Assembly: GCA_002633005.1 (NCBI GenBank)
Contig: NMRA01000089.1
Coordinates: 248,001-312,000 of the forward strand
DNA length: 64,000 bases
Direction of reading: 5' to 3'
Source: Phoronis australis
Lineage: Eukaryota; Animalia; Phoronida
Both the position numbers and the translations under genes were made by a program. The notes beneath the pieces were generated by a model that made no database searches, was not told the origin of the DNA, and worked only from the letters and a program-made list of their open reading frames with translations. This document shows positions 1 through 12,000 of the stretch, one piece after another (within the stretch, counting starts at the first letter, position 1; each line of letters begins with the position of its first letter).

Positions 1-918
1 AACACAAACACCCAATCACGAGTAAGATGAATACAAACAACCAATAACACAAAGCATCATATAACTAATGAACATGAGATGTTATGGTTACAGTAAAATC
101 CTATTATGCAGTAGTTTGTATTGACAATGCACCTCATACCCTGTACAAGAAGCTCTGCTTTAAGGTTGCAGTGAAAGTTTTACAATCTTGGCCTAATATG
201 GATCCCATAGTTCATACCTTACCTTGTCAATTTTGAACCATGAATGGCCACACACATGAGTGAGGTAGAAGTTATCTGTTTTTGATTAGACATAGAGTTT
301 TAGATTTATAGTGTATACCTTTACTGAACCACAAGTTGGAGAACTTGATTATTGTGTACTATTAAACTCACTCCTACAGTCGTAAAATATATGACCTAAC
401 ATGGATTGCTTAATTCGTACATTACCATAGTCATAAGGTATGTACCAATTATCTAATAGATTACCACCATCGTATGATGTATAACTCGGTAAAAATCTGT
501 TTGTTCATACATTACCTTGCTCATAATTATGGTATATGACTCAATATGGACCATTTATTTAATACATGACCATAGGCATAAGTTATAAATCTTGAATTAT
601 TTAATGCATTTAACCCAGGCCGTAAGGTATAGGACTTATTATACCGCACTATTGATCAATTAGTTCTGGCTGTTGTACGAACTATTTTTTATCATTCTTT
701 TTATTGTTATTTCACTTTGTAAGTCACTGTTTTATGAATCACACCTCATCTTGTTCTTAGTTATTATGAAGGGTTTCAACTGTTTTAACAGTGGGTACTT
801 CTTTCGGTCCACAAATGTCCTTGTTTTTCTCTAGTCATGAATACTTTTCAATATACATTTGATTATTAGAACAATCATCTTACTTGCATAAAATGAATGG
901 AGAATCCTTAAATGCTAT

Positions 919-1075
919 CAGGGGCGGATTCAGGATTTTTAGTTAGGGGGGCCAGGGCAGAGTATTAGGCAGGATTTTGCCCATCAGACATTCACACCCC
1001 CGAACTGCCAAATGGGATCTGGGAGAGTTTAGGGGGGGCAGTGGCCCCCTTGGCCCCCCTCTAAATCCGCCACTG
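919..1075. mobile_element. 157-bp non-autonomous DNA transposon (MITE) with CAG termini and a near-perfect 5-bp TSD, hAT5-like
   Basis: TIRs CAGGGGCGGATTCAG (919) and the reverse complement of CTAAATCCGCCACTG (ends 1075) differ at 2 positions. Flanks are GCTAT (914-918) and GCTTT (1076-1080). It is a GC-rich island in AT-rich DNA. Superfamily is inferred. Confidence 0.75.
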
Positions 1076-1603
1076 GCTTTCGCAGTCCTCATGCATAAAG
1101 TTAGAGTGAAGCTGTTATCCTGACTCCAGTCTTTCATCCAAAGGTCGTGTGTACTCACAGCTAATTTTTCTACTCAAGTGCAAAAAAGTTAGCTTTGCTG
1201 AAAGGAAGATATGTAATCTTTAGTTAACGGCGAAGGTAACCTTTTCTCATATGTCATTTTTAGTAAAAATAAGGTTCATTGAGTATGCCAGACATATTTT
1301 TCAGTTAATTACAGCTTCTCGTAATTTAATTAATTACTCATCCCCTACTCCGGAAGTGATGTTTAGGGAGTCGAGAATTGCGCGCCAATTTGGTTCTGCA
1401 TTCTAGTTTACTGTGAGGATCTGTACTACTGTTGTTTTCGTGCTATTTTCTAAAATTGTTGTCACCACTTCCAATCGACGAGTATTCTACAACAAGCTAG
1501 TTGTTAGATAACTCAGTTACCTTGGATTTAGGGATTGTTTAGTTTGTAGTAACCTAAAAATGGCTGCAGTCGGCAACATATTACAATGACCATAGTGACG
1601 TGA

Positions 1604-1745
1604 CATGGGCGATGCAGCACTGAAAAAAGTGGGGAGCTATAGCCCTCCAGCCCCCCTGTGGTGCACCTCCCATAGACCGTGGGCGGCGTAGCATTGAAAA
1701 AAGCAGGGGTATAGCCCCCCAGCCCCCTGTGGTGCGCCGCCCATG
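1604..1745. mobile_element. Dimeric mini-MITE (2 x ~70 bp) nested in the Kolobok element, with a perfect 5-bp TSD
   Basis: Two tandem units, 1604-1674 and 1678-1745, each bounded by CATGGGCG...CGCCCATG-type inverted ends. CGTGA lies on both sides (1599-1603 and 1746-1750). Confidence 0.8.
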
Positions 1746-1759
1746 CGTGAGTGGGTGGG

Positions 1760-1923
1760 TATATGTTTGAGTATACTGAGGTAGAGCACTCACAGAGAAA
1801 GCTGTTGAGAGGAATAAGGCAGAGGCTGAGGCTGAGGACAGACGTGATGGGATGTCTTGGTGCAAATGCACGGTGTACATTGTTATGCCGACCTCAATGG
1901 AATGCTTATGCTGTTCCCTCTGG
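1760..1923 (+). pseudogene. Frameshifted relic of a KolX / P2X7 cytoplasmic-ballast-like Zn-binding protein
   Basis: YMFEYTE from 1760, then in another frame AEAEDRRDGMSWCKCTVYIVMPTSMECLCC (Trp codon at 1858). This matches the WCxCxxCxxMPTxxECxCC motif of P2X7-C-terminal-like transposon proteins. Confidence 0.7.
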
Positions 1924-2289
1924 ATGTTGACCTGAGCACCCAAACTGCTTACATACTGCCATGTGATTCCCTCGCCACACATACACATGATACCTTCTAA
2001 ACAGCTCTAAAACTTTAAGACGAGTCAACAATAAACTTGGCTCACCGTCCTGTTCTCTGGATGACGAACTGTCCTCCTCACTGGATTTCGAACTGGGCCT
2101 GTAGGTCTATATTCATTGCCACTACTCAACGTCGCTGCAGGGCTGCCGACATGCTCTGGGCTAGAGACAACAGCACAGGGCGAATCACTGCTAGTTCCCA
2201 GAATTGCATGGTCAGAGATTCTTACGGAGGCACGGGTAACAGCTCGCGAGGCTTCTTGTGGGGTGGCAACGGGGCACTGCCAGGAATCA

Positions 2290-2571
2290 ACAGTGACGGT
2301 ATGGCACCCTTCTTCAGGCGTTGTTTTGCAGGGACCTTCATCAATACAGCGCACATATCTCTTTCTTAATCCGATGGCAGAAAATCCTTGCCACACACTC
2401 AGTAATGCTCCACTGCTTTGTACATTGCGTGGAGAGGTAGTGCTGCGTTCTTTTCACAAACGAGCCAAGTATGCGAAGTGTGTCATCTTTCGGTAAGGGA
2501 TGTAATGGTACACCCAGAGTGCCCGTGAGATGATAATGAATACATCCCGGTACATAGCAACAGTGCGGCAT
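2290..2571 (-). pseudogene. Relic THAP DNA-binding domain (transposase N-terminus)
   Basis: MPHCCYVPGC...GVPLHPLPKDDTLR...FVKR (ORF 2341-2571). It continues in another frame as VCGKDFLPSD*ERD...RLKKGAIPSL, which resembles the THAP C-terminal AVPTIF-like box. Contains a stop and frameshifts. Confidence 0.8.
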
Positions 2572-3049
2572 GTTGACTGGCTCATAAACAAAAGCAAACG
2601 ACGACCGAACTTATCACAACCGAGGTGGAATGACTGAGTCGACAGCTCACATAGACTATATGAAAACAAATGGCGCGAAATTCTTGGTTCCCTAAACGTC
2701 ACTTCTGGAGTAGGGGACACACAATTAATTAACAAAAGATGTAATTAACTGAAAAATAGGTCTGGGATAATCAAAGAACCTTATTTTTACTGAAAATGAA
2801 ATGAAAAAGGTTGCCTTTGCTTTTAATGCTTGTATAATATAAGTGAATTGTATGGAATATTATTTCAAGCATTGTAGCTGAAGCGTACCTGTTTTTTATC
2901 TGTTCAAACTTTGCCACTGTTCTCCTGTTAACATGTCAAAGAGCACCCTATTGCGTGAAATTGTACAGAGAAATTTGAATTTTAACTTAGGTACGCTTGC
3001 TTTACTTGTTTGCTCTTTCTCCATTTAGCTATCTGACTGGGCTCCAAAC

Positions 3050-6000
3050 ATGATTGCAGCAATGGCGTCTTCATTTCTGCTGAGCTGGGCTAGAGAAGCC
3101 ATCTTCTTCAGTGGAGATGTGAAGACTACCACCATTGCTCTGGCCATCACTAGCTCCCTCTGTTGCTCCATCGTTGTCTGGCTCATTCACATGATAGGGG
3201 GCACTGATAGTCGTAAAACCAAACAACCCGAATGGCATTCTGCTCATCCTATCCTCAGACGAAGTAGCAGCGTAAGTTTAACAGTACCATGGCTATGAAT
3301 ATAAACCCGCCTTCAACCACAAAACCAACCTCTGATTTAAACCTACAATTGACGGTTATGAAGTTGATTTTAAGTTTTTATTTAGTCAAATTAGAGATCA
3401 TAATTTTATGGCTTCAAATGAACTGTCAATTTAATATTACTTGAGATTGGCTTGTCACAGCCTGTCATTTATTGTCTGAGCATGGTCTCAACGAATAACG
3501 AACTGTCAGCTTTTTAGAAGCCCAGAAACTCAGCTCAACTGATTAAGGGAAATGGGTTGTGGTCAGTGTTGTAATAATAGTAAATGGTAAAAGTCTAAAG
3601 TTATGCGCTATTCTTGGATGGAACATCAGTTGATAGCCACTTTTAGGAGTACTTATCGACATGTCTGTGCATTTACAAAGCCTGTTTACCTTGATCTTTA
3701 ATTTTATACTAATTTGTCTTTAATTGGGTCAAGTGACCATTTTTTAATACATCCGCATGGCTTAATCTGTGTCTAGGCTTCCAGTGCCATGTGTCCTGCG
3801 CCCGTTGTCCTGCATCTGCTGCTATATCACCTTACCCACTTGCAGGATCTTCTTGAAATTTGGCAGCTAGGAATGATCCAATGAAGCTGATGGCATATGC
3901 TGGCTAAGCCGCTTGAAGACGTTAATGGCAATTTGTTTTTCATGATCAACTCTTGTATCTGATGGGCGCATATCCACGCTCTGCATTGCACTTGTTTTTA
4001 CTTATTAGTGGCCATTTTATTATTTTAGACCCCACCTCTTTGACTATAACTGCTTGAAGGAGCCCTGCCGAAAACATCGCAGCTGACGTTGACTTTCTGA
4101 CGAACTTTGTGAAATTCAACGTTTTCCTATTCATGACAATGAATGATGACTACTTTTGGACACATCTGACCGCGACTGTTCCCTAGGGGGGAGTGTAGTC
4201 ACTGTGATTTACAGTGGTTTACAGAGCCACCTGTGGCCTTTTCTTACGCTGATGACTGAACCTCCCACAGATTTGTCTTTGACTTATCATAGTTACCACT
4301 GTCATCATTTATTTATAAATGTCGAATGCTTCAAAACTTTTCATTGAATCTAGAAGTTTCTTTTATGACTGTTTAGTTCTCATATTGACAAGCTAAAGGG
4401 TCGGCCTTGTCAGATAATCCTTTACATCTATTTGTCAGTAGCTAATTGCATTTCCAATTTTCATATCTGTGGGAGTTCTTGTAATCTCAGTGAAAAATCA
4501 CAATTTAGCAAACACACAGCGAAATTTCCTTTAATGCCTAGCATTATCTTTTACCCACAGTATGTTTTTGCGACTACTAAGGATTTGAAAAATATATTGT
4601 TTGATGAAATATCAATTTTCAATTAATTAGATATTTGAAGAACAGTGCTTCTTGGTAATGAAGCTGTCCTGAGTTACCTTTTTTACAATAAACTTTCTAC
4701 AGATTTTAAAGAAGTCTTTTAATTACTTAGCTAACACATTAGACTGTCAAGTACTAAAGCTTTCTTATAATTGAAAATGCCTATTCTATATACCATTTTC
4801 TCTTGCTTTACAGGCAGGGAAAGCCAACAGTAACAGTGGACCAAGATATCATCGACAGTTGGTCAGACATTTCTCTTCATCCCAGACATTCTGCTCAAAG
4901 TAAGAGGACTCTGTTGGTTCACAAAAGGTGGAGCTGTTCACATCCTCCCTCAGAAAATTTGTGTATCCATCTGTTCTGTGTTTATCTAAAGGCTGGTTTT
5001 CAAAATTGCTTTGTAAGCTATTTCACTTGGTAGGCTACATTTTGTTTTTTTAGGCATAGAAAAATGTTTCGTGAGTGTATCCGCACCTGGTTATTTTTAG
5101 CTGTTGAGGCATCATATGCATCTCTATGTTGCCTTGCTAAAGCTATTCTTGTTTAGAAATGTTAAAACTCCATTTCCTCAAGAAATTTCCAACATCACAT
5201 CTGATTTAGAATCACGTTCGATTAAACTTGACAAACAAGCCTATTGTGTTGGTACACAATGCAGTGATGGGGGTGGGACGGAGCTTACATCCACATAAAG
5301 GAACAGCAGTTGAAAGTTAAGTGCAGTTTCTCTGGAAGTCTACTGTTTTTTCTCCGTTCAAAATACGCACCTTCCCAACATTTGCTGAACATCATTTGGA
5401 AAAAGTATTATATTTTTAAATACTGATTAGCATCAGGCACGCTGCTTATAACATAATTGCTGGATTATGTGAGCTTATCAGATGAAGGCAGACAATGAGA
5501 GAGCTTATCAATGGAGGAAATCAATATAGATACAGGGGCTGGACGCAGAAATATCATTAAGAGTACAACACAGATATTTCAGATACTTACTTGATTACAT
5601 TGATTGGTTTTCAACCAGACACATCTGGATTTTACAAGTACTCTTTACTCGTTTAAATATGTTATACAAGAACATTATTTTTGCTAACATTGATGTATAA
5701 AATGATGCTAAACTTTCAGTTATTTTAGAAGCCATTTACTTATGTAGCGAAATAAGCTCTGTCTGTAAAGTATTTTGTGGACACATGACATGGAAATAAT
5801 GTTTACAGACCTTGCTACACCAAGACAAAGCTAGGCAATGTGCTTACGGGTGTGATCTCTTAGACGTCAACGGAATTCTGGCCTATTGATAAAGGGATTT
5901 CAACTCCTCCCAGGTTTATAAAGTCATAGGCATGTAATTATTTCACCAGATTAGGTTTGCTGCTGCCCCTCAACCAAAACCTTCTCCTCATAAGGCTTAG

Positions 6001-9000
6001 CACATCTCCCATCTTCTATTTATTTGCTTAAACTGTGTAATTTCTCAAACCCAGATATAATGCCCTGTGGTTCCTGGGTTTGTATGCTGCTGTTCAGTGT
6101 GTGTTTGTTTTATGCAATATTGTCCCATGTAACAAAAACATGGTACTGTTTCATGAAAAGTGACTAAAGACTGAAATTTGGTCTATTGTTCCCACTTCAC
6201 AACGAGTAATAAAGTTTTATCCAAGCAGTTATGAGGGCATCAGAGTCCAGAAATAATTCACAAAAATTGTTTCAGTTAGTATGAGTTATGTGTGTCTTCT
6301 CAGAGACTTTGGACTTTTATGCAACTGAAATTTGATTATTTTTATGGAATAGCTGTGTGGAGCGGGTAAGAACAAATTTCTTCTGGCATACATCTCAAGT
6401 CACTCCTGTGAGCGTCATTTGTTGCCAGGCCAAATGGCACTGGTTTGTATTTAAAAAAAAAAAATATTAGTAGAATTATAAATTTATTTAGGTGCATTGT
6501 TCGGTGCAGTAGTAACGACTGTCTCTTCAAGATGTGTTCCAACTGTTGCTGGGACGTCCGCTGTAGTTGTCATAGTTACAGACTAACAAGAGATTTAGAT
6601 ACAAACAAACACAGACCTGAGGAAGTGAACCTGAGGTGAGCTGGCAAAGGTATCTTTGTAATTAGAGATTAAGGAAGGATGAATTAATTCTTTAAAAAAC
6701 ACATTGACATAAAGACGGGAAGTGGGCTGAAATTCAATCACATACATGGGACTGGATTTGTTGAATGTTTTCCACTGTTTGTCGCAAGATGAACACAAGC
6801 TAACAGGTGTCACAGAAGTCAAGTAAAGATCTGTTGTTTGGTCGTTGTATAACTGATAATTTACATGGCTACTTCCTGTATGAATGCAAAACTGCTGCAT
6901 GCTCAAATATTGTCAAAAACCTGCTATTTGACTTTAAGCTAAATGTGATGAAACTCCAATTCTCAAGTTGTTTTTAATGGGAATTACATCTCAACAGTTT
7001 CATACAAATATAAATTTAAAAATTGATCCTTTTTCATTTTTCAAATTGTTTTAGTATTGTAACTGAATGCCCACAATTTCCCTGTTATTATGCGCCCGCA
7101 TATAAATATGTGTGTTCCTATGGGGTCTACGACGGAGGGCAACGAGTTTCGGACCGACCTGAATACCACTGTTCCCCCTAGTGGCAATTTTATTTTTTTA
7201 CGTTTACCCCTGTATTTTCAAAGGCCCTTAACCGATTTTCGTGAAATTTGGCACATGGGCATCTATTAATAAGTTGACGCTATCCTCCAGTTTTCAGATG
7301 GATTTGAGGCATTTTGCACCGTCTAGTGGCCATTTTTACTATTTTCGAGTCGTTTTTTTTTGACGTCTGCCCCTCTAACAACCAAACCACTTGAAGGATG
7401 ATTGTGAAAATTGACATATATGTTCTTACTATGAAGAAGACAGTTGACGATGATTTTCTGATGACTTCAACTACTGTGGCGCTTCCTAGTGGCAGTTTTG
7501 TTTGTTTTTGCGCCCATGGCTGTATCTCCTAAACGCTCTACAGGATCTTTATTAGATTTAGCAGATGTATTAAGTTGACAACAGACGATGGCGACTTTCA
7601 GTCAGATCGGTCTACCGGTGTGCCCCCTAGTGGCAATTATAATTTTTTACGTTTACCTCCGTATCATCAAAGGTCCTCAATGGATTTCCATAAAATTTAG
7701 CACATAGACATCTATTAGTGAGTTGACGCTAGCCATCCATCTTCAGATTGATTCAAAGTATTTTGCGCCACCTATTGGCCATTTTTGTTGTTTGATTGTG
7801 AAAGTTGGCGTGTATGTTCTTTCTATGAAGGGGACGGTTGACCAGTAATTTCCGACGACTTCGACTACTGTGGCGCCTCCTAGTGGTGGTTTTGTTTTTT
7901 TGCACCCATACGTCTATCTTTTAAGCCCTCTGCAGGATCTTTATTAAATTTAGCTCGTGTATTTATATGATGTTAACAAGAGAAGACAATAACTTTTAGA
8001 CGTATCCCACAAACACTGTGCCCCCCTAGTAGCAATTTCATTTTTTTCATTTTCCTCTGTTTCTCTGAAGTTCCTCGATGAATTTTAACGAAATTTAGTA
8101 AATGGCTTTCTTTTAACAAAACGATGACTTTTTCTGGTTTTCAGACGGATTTGACGTATTTTGCGCCATCTAGTGGCCATTTTGATGATACAAATAAAAA
8201 ACTCTAAAAGCATACCATTTGCGATGCATTCGTGCGCGCATTTCAAAGCTCTGCGTTGCTCTTGTGTAAATTGGTGAGGTTTTATGAGGTGAGGCCATGC
8301 TCGGTACATTGAATGACCTCAGTTATTGTCAAGTCTGGTCTTTAGCTGTAACTGTCAGTTCATGGCAAGAGCAGTCCACTAACTTGAGTAAGGAAGTAGT
8401 CGAAACTAAGGTTACTGTAGAAAGTGGTCTGAGTAAAAAATTATTGATTTTGTGTGCTGCTTAACACGCTGCGAACATCCCCTTTAAATGAGTTAAGGGT
8501 GGTTTTGAAGAAATCGTAATTTCTCCAGTGTCATGTGGTCAGCTCCACAGTTCTATCCACATTCCATTCTCACTAGGGGGCTAGTTACTCTATTCATTCG
8601 GTCACATACTGAGGGTAATTGCTGTTTCTTATCAGGTCATATCTAAATAGACTTGAAAGCATCCAAACTGTACTTTCCATTCTCTTTTTTGAGAAAAGAA
8701 AATGATGAAAAACATGAATCTGAATAGAGGGGATTTTTCAGGACATGAGTGGATTTTCTAATCACTTACTTACATGCGTCATTGGTCTCTACTTCAGTTA
8801 TGTTGGCCTTGAGAGCTGGCCTGAGAGGTTAGGCTACTTTGGTACTCAGTTACACACCCTTGACCTAAGTCACAATCACCTGAAGTCAGTCCCTGATGAG
8901 CTGGGTTGTCTTCTAGGGCTGAAGGAGCTCCACCTGCAGTTCAACAGGTTAACTAGCATTCCAGTGAGTATCTGGCAAGATAATTAGTCTGAATTTAAGA

Positions 9001-12000
9001 GATTTCTTAAAAAAATTGGTAATTGTTATCTGCTTTTTAAACTTTTTATTTTACACTTTGAACTTTGCAAAATTTTGATTTCCAAATTATGTGACTTATC
9101 TGCTGTTGTTTTTTATTATTAATAGTTGTACTCAAGTATTTGTGACTGCACTGTGACGTATAGCATTTTGGCACAATCGATATATTCTACAAGGACTCTA
9201 TTGTGTTGGGTGGAAGCGACAAGAACAGACATGCTCTGAAGAAGTTATTCAATTGTTTTTAGATGAAGTTCATCATTTTAACTGTACTTCAAAGTTGTTA
9301 GCATATTGGAGCCTGTGCAGCTTAGGTGTTTATCATATTAATTTTCAAATGCATTATTATTAATTTGTTTCAGAGTTACTTTAATCTAGGCAAACTTACT
9401 TTCCTTATATTTGTTTTATAGGAAAGCATAAGAAATCTGTCAAAATTGATGGATTTCGACTTGAGTTACAACTGCCTATCAAAGATGCCTGACATATCGT
9501 GCCTGCTAGAGTTAACACGACTTAATCTGTCCAACAACAACTTGTGCACCATTCCAAATGACTATCTGTGCCATCTTAACCTACTAGAGGACCTCTTTTT
9601 GGGGTAAATGACTATTGTCTTATTTGGTGTTCATTTTCCGTAATTATTGACCTATTCAAAAGCGTACAAAATGCCTGCTTATTTTAGCATTTGACTGCCT
9701 GCACATGCTTTTAACTTTTCTGAAACTGCCTGCGAATGTCTTCTCTGGTGAGGGAAAAATAGACATTTTTGATGTTCTTTATGTGGGAAAGAGGTCAGGT
9801 CTGTCAAAAAGATGTTCTGTACACTTCTTAAATGTCGATTATCATGGGTGACGTTTACTGCAATGTTTGTTGTTTTATCTAATAAAAATTTTCAATTTGC
9901 ACAACATGCCATTTTTATTTCACTGAAACTGGGCACAAGCTGTTTTAAATTTGCTACCAGTTTTTTCCGATGTTGCGTTTCCATGGAAACTCACCTGGAA
10001 CAAGTTGAACTTAAACAGCAGGTGCTACTTCCTGAGTGAAGCAATTTGTTGTCAGACTGCATCAACAGTGTAGAGGTGATCCAGAATAAGTTGTGTTCAC
10101 ACTGTGTGGTAGTTGGGCCAGAACAAGTTGCGTTCACACTGCCTTGTAATGGGGCCAGAACAGCCTGCTCTTAAAACAACTTGTGCCTAATGTCAGAATA
10201 ACCGTATCCACAAAATGTTTAACAAGCTAGTGGCATGTGTCATTAAAATACAAGTGCCGTGGTCAGTGCTAATAAAATGAGCATTTTATTACCTATCTTA
10301 CTAATTCCTAATACTAACAAGGTGAGTTCCCTTTCTATAAGTATAGCCATTCACTCGTTGTTTGCAATCCGTGCTCAAGTTGTGCTGAGAAGCTAGAAAG
10401 CCTTAGCTCGGTGCATTTGACGTCATGAGCAATGAGCGATTGGGAAATCCTTCCACTGTTGACAGTGGAGTCTATATTCAAAATTTCTCCAAACACTTTC
10501 CCTAGTTGACTGGTGAGGTACTCATCCACATGGTTTCATTTTTTCTCTGTCTTGCGTCTTTGAGCAGCTTGCGATGTAGACTTTAAAGTCACTGACTATA
10601 TTCATTGATAATGTTATGTAATTGTTGCATTTACATTTTTTTTTCAGTTTCAATAGCTTGAATACAGTTCCAACCGAATTATGTGCTCTTACAAAACTCA
10701 AGGTTTGATTTTTTCATTTGTATTGCCTGTTGTCTAGTGAAAAATACTAACATAATTAATTGTGAGATAATTAGAGCAAATTTCAATTTTAGTATGCCAT
10801 CTCAAAGGTGTGAGTCATAGAAACAGGTTTGTGTTCTCAATATACACTAATGAATGATTTTAATGACAACTGAATAATGTTTTTCTAAGAAGGGCACTTG
10901 CACTTTACTGCAGCTGTATTTTCTATATTGTTCCGAAGTAACGTTTTTGTAAAAAACACCTTGTTGTCTACGAATTAGATTTTTTGTTCCATTTTGAGCT
11001 CTAGTAGTTACTGCCTTTGTTCGCTACTGATTTTTACAAATGTTCGAGATATATAAAGCTAAAAGCATTCTTGGTTCTGGTGTGTACTCTAATTTTGAAA
11101 GCTGCACCTCACAGACAGCATACAGTGGCATTGGGGACAAAGATCAAATATCCAGAACCATTGACTGACATCAGGTGACCTCCTGTTTTTAAAAGAGGGA
11201 CAAGTAAAAATACTGCATCAGTTGGCAAAAACATAGGCTCGAACCAAATTAACATTTGCATGTTAGGTCAGCTGAAACTCCAACCGCAATATGTTACTCT
11301 ACATAGCGTTGTAATTCTTTCAGAATTTAAGCTTGAACAAAAATCCCATTAAGATACTGCCGTCCAGCATAGGTCTGTTGATTTGCCTCGAGACACTAGA
11401 TGTGAGTGATTGTTTGCTTACTACACTCCCTCCCTCTATCATCAAGTGCAAGTCGTTGGTGTCCCTCAGTGCTGCTAATAACGAGTAAGTTAGCATTGTG
11501 TGTAAAGTGTCATTGTCACTTAACCGAGTAAGTTACTTAACATGACTAAATATGTTGCTTAACATGCTGAGTAAGTTAACTTTATTTATAATTGTTACAC
11601 TACTCAATTCTTATTCTACATCATGGGTTTACCTTGGTATTTGCGTTTTTGCCGTAGTTCATCTTACAGCGCCACATGCACTGAAGAAGAAGGCAGAGTC
11701 AACATTTAGGCCTTCGAAAACTTCTGCCAATTTTTAAGGTGAACCTTGGATGTAGTAAAAGAATTGAGTATACTAAGTCTTATCGGGTGGACGTCCAAAT
11801 GATACTTCTTGCTGAAAGTTATTGTAAGTGTTGTTTTTGAACGAAATATGAGGTGGGTGTGGTTTAGAATTGTCTTCCTCTGAACTTGTTACTGAGGCAA
11901 TATATGTTTATACTGCATTGAAGTTTGTAATTAGGAGTTTGAGAAACTTCATGGAATTTTTTGTTTCAATACGAGGGTTCTATCATGTCGTTATTTTCAT

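Larger units (their letters stand above)
1228..2822. mobile_element. Internally deleted, decayed Kolobok-type DNA transposon with long TIRs and TTAA target sites
   Basis: TTAA at 1224-1227 and 2823-2826. Imperfect TIRs of ~180-190 bp (~1228-1418 vs ~2646-2822; shared blocks include AGTAAAAATAAGGTTC, TATTTTTCAGTTAATTACA and TCCCCTACTCC.GAAGTGA.GTTTAGGGA). Contains convergent relics of a THAP domain (-) and a P2X7-ballast/KolX-like Cys motif (+). Confidence 0.85.

Noticed and set aside
2025-2496. Overlapping 110-126 aa ORFs as real genes
   Set aside because: They are off-frame or antisense readings of the decayed THAP transposase relic.
3455-3550. Similarity to ~48545-48640 as a conserved regulatory element
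   Set aside because: It is more simply two fragments of an old dispersed repeat, and no boundaries could be defined.
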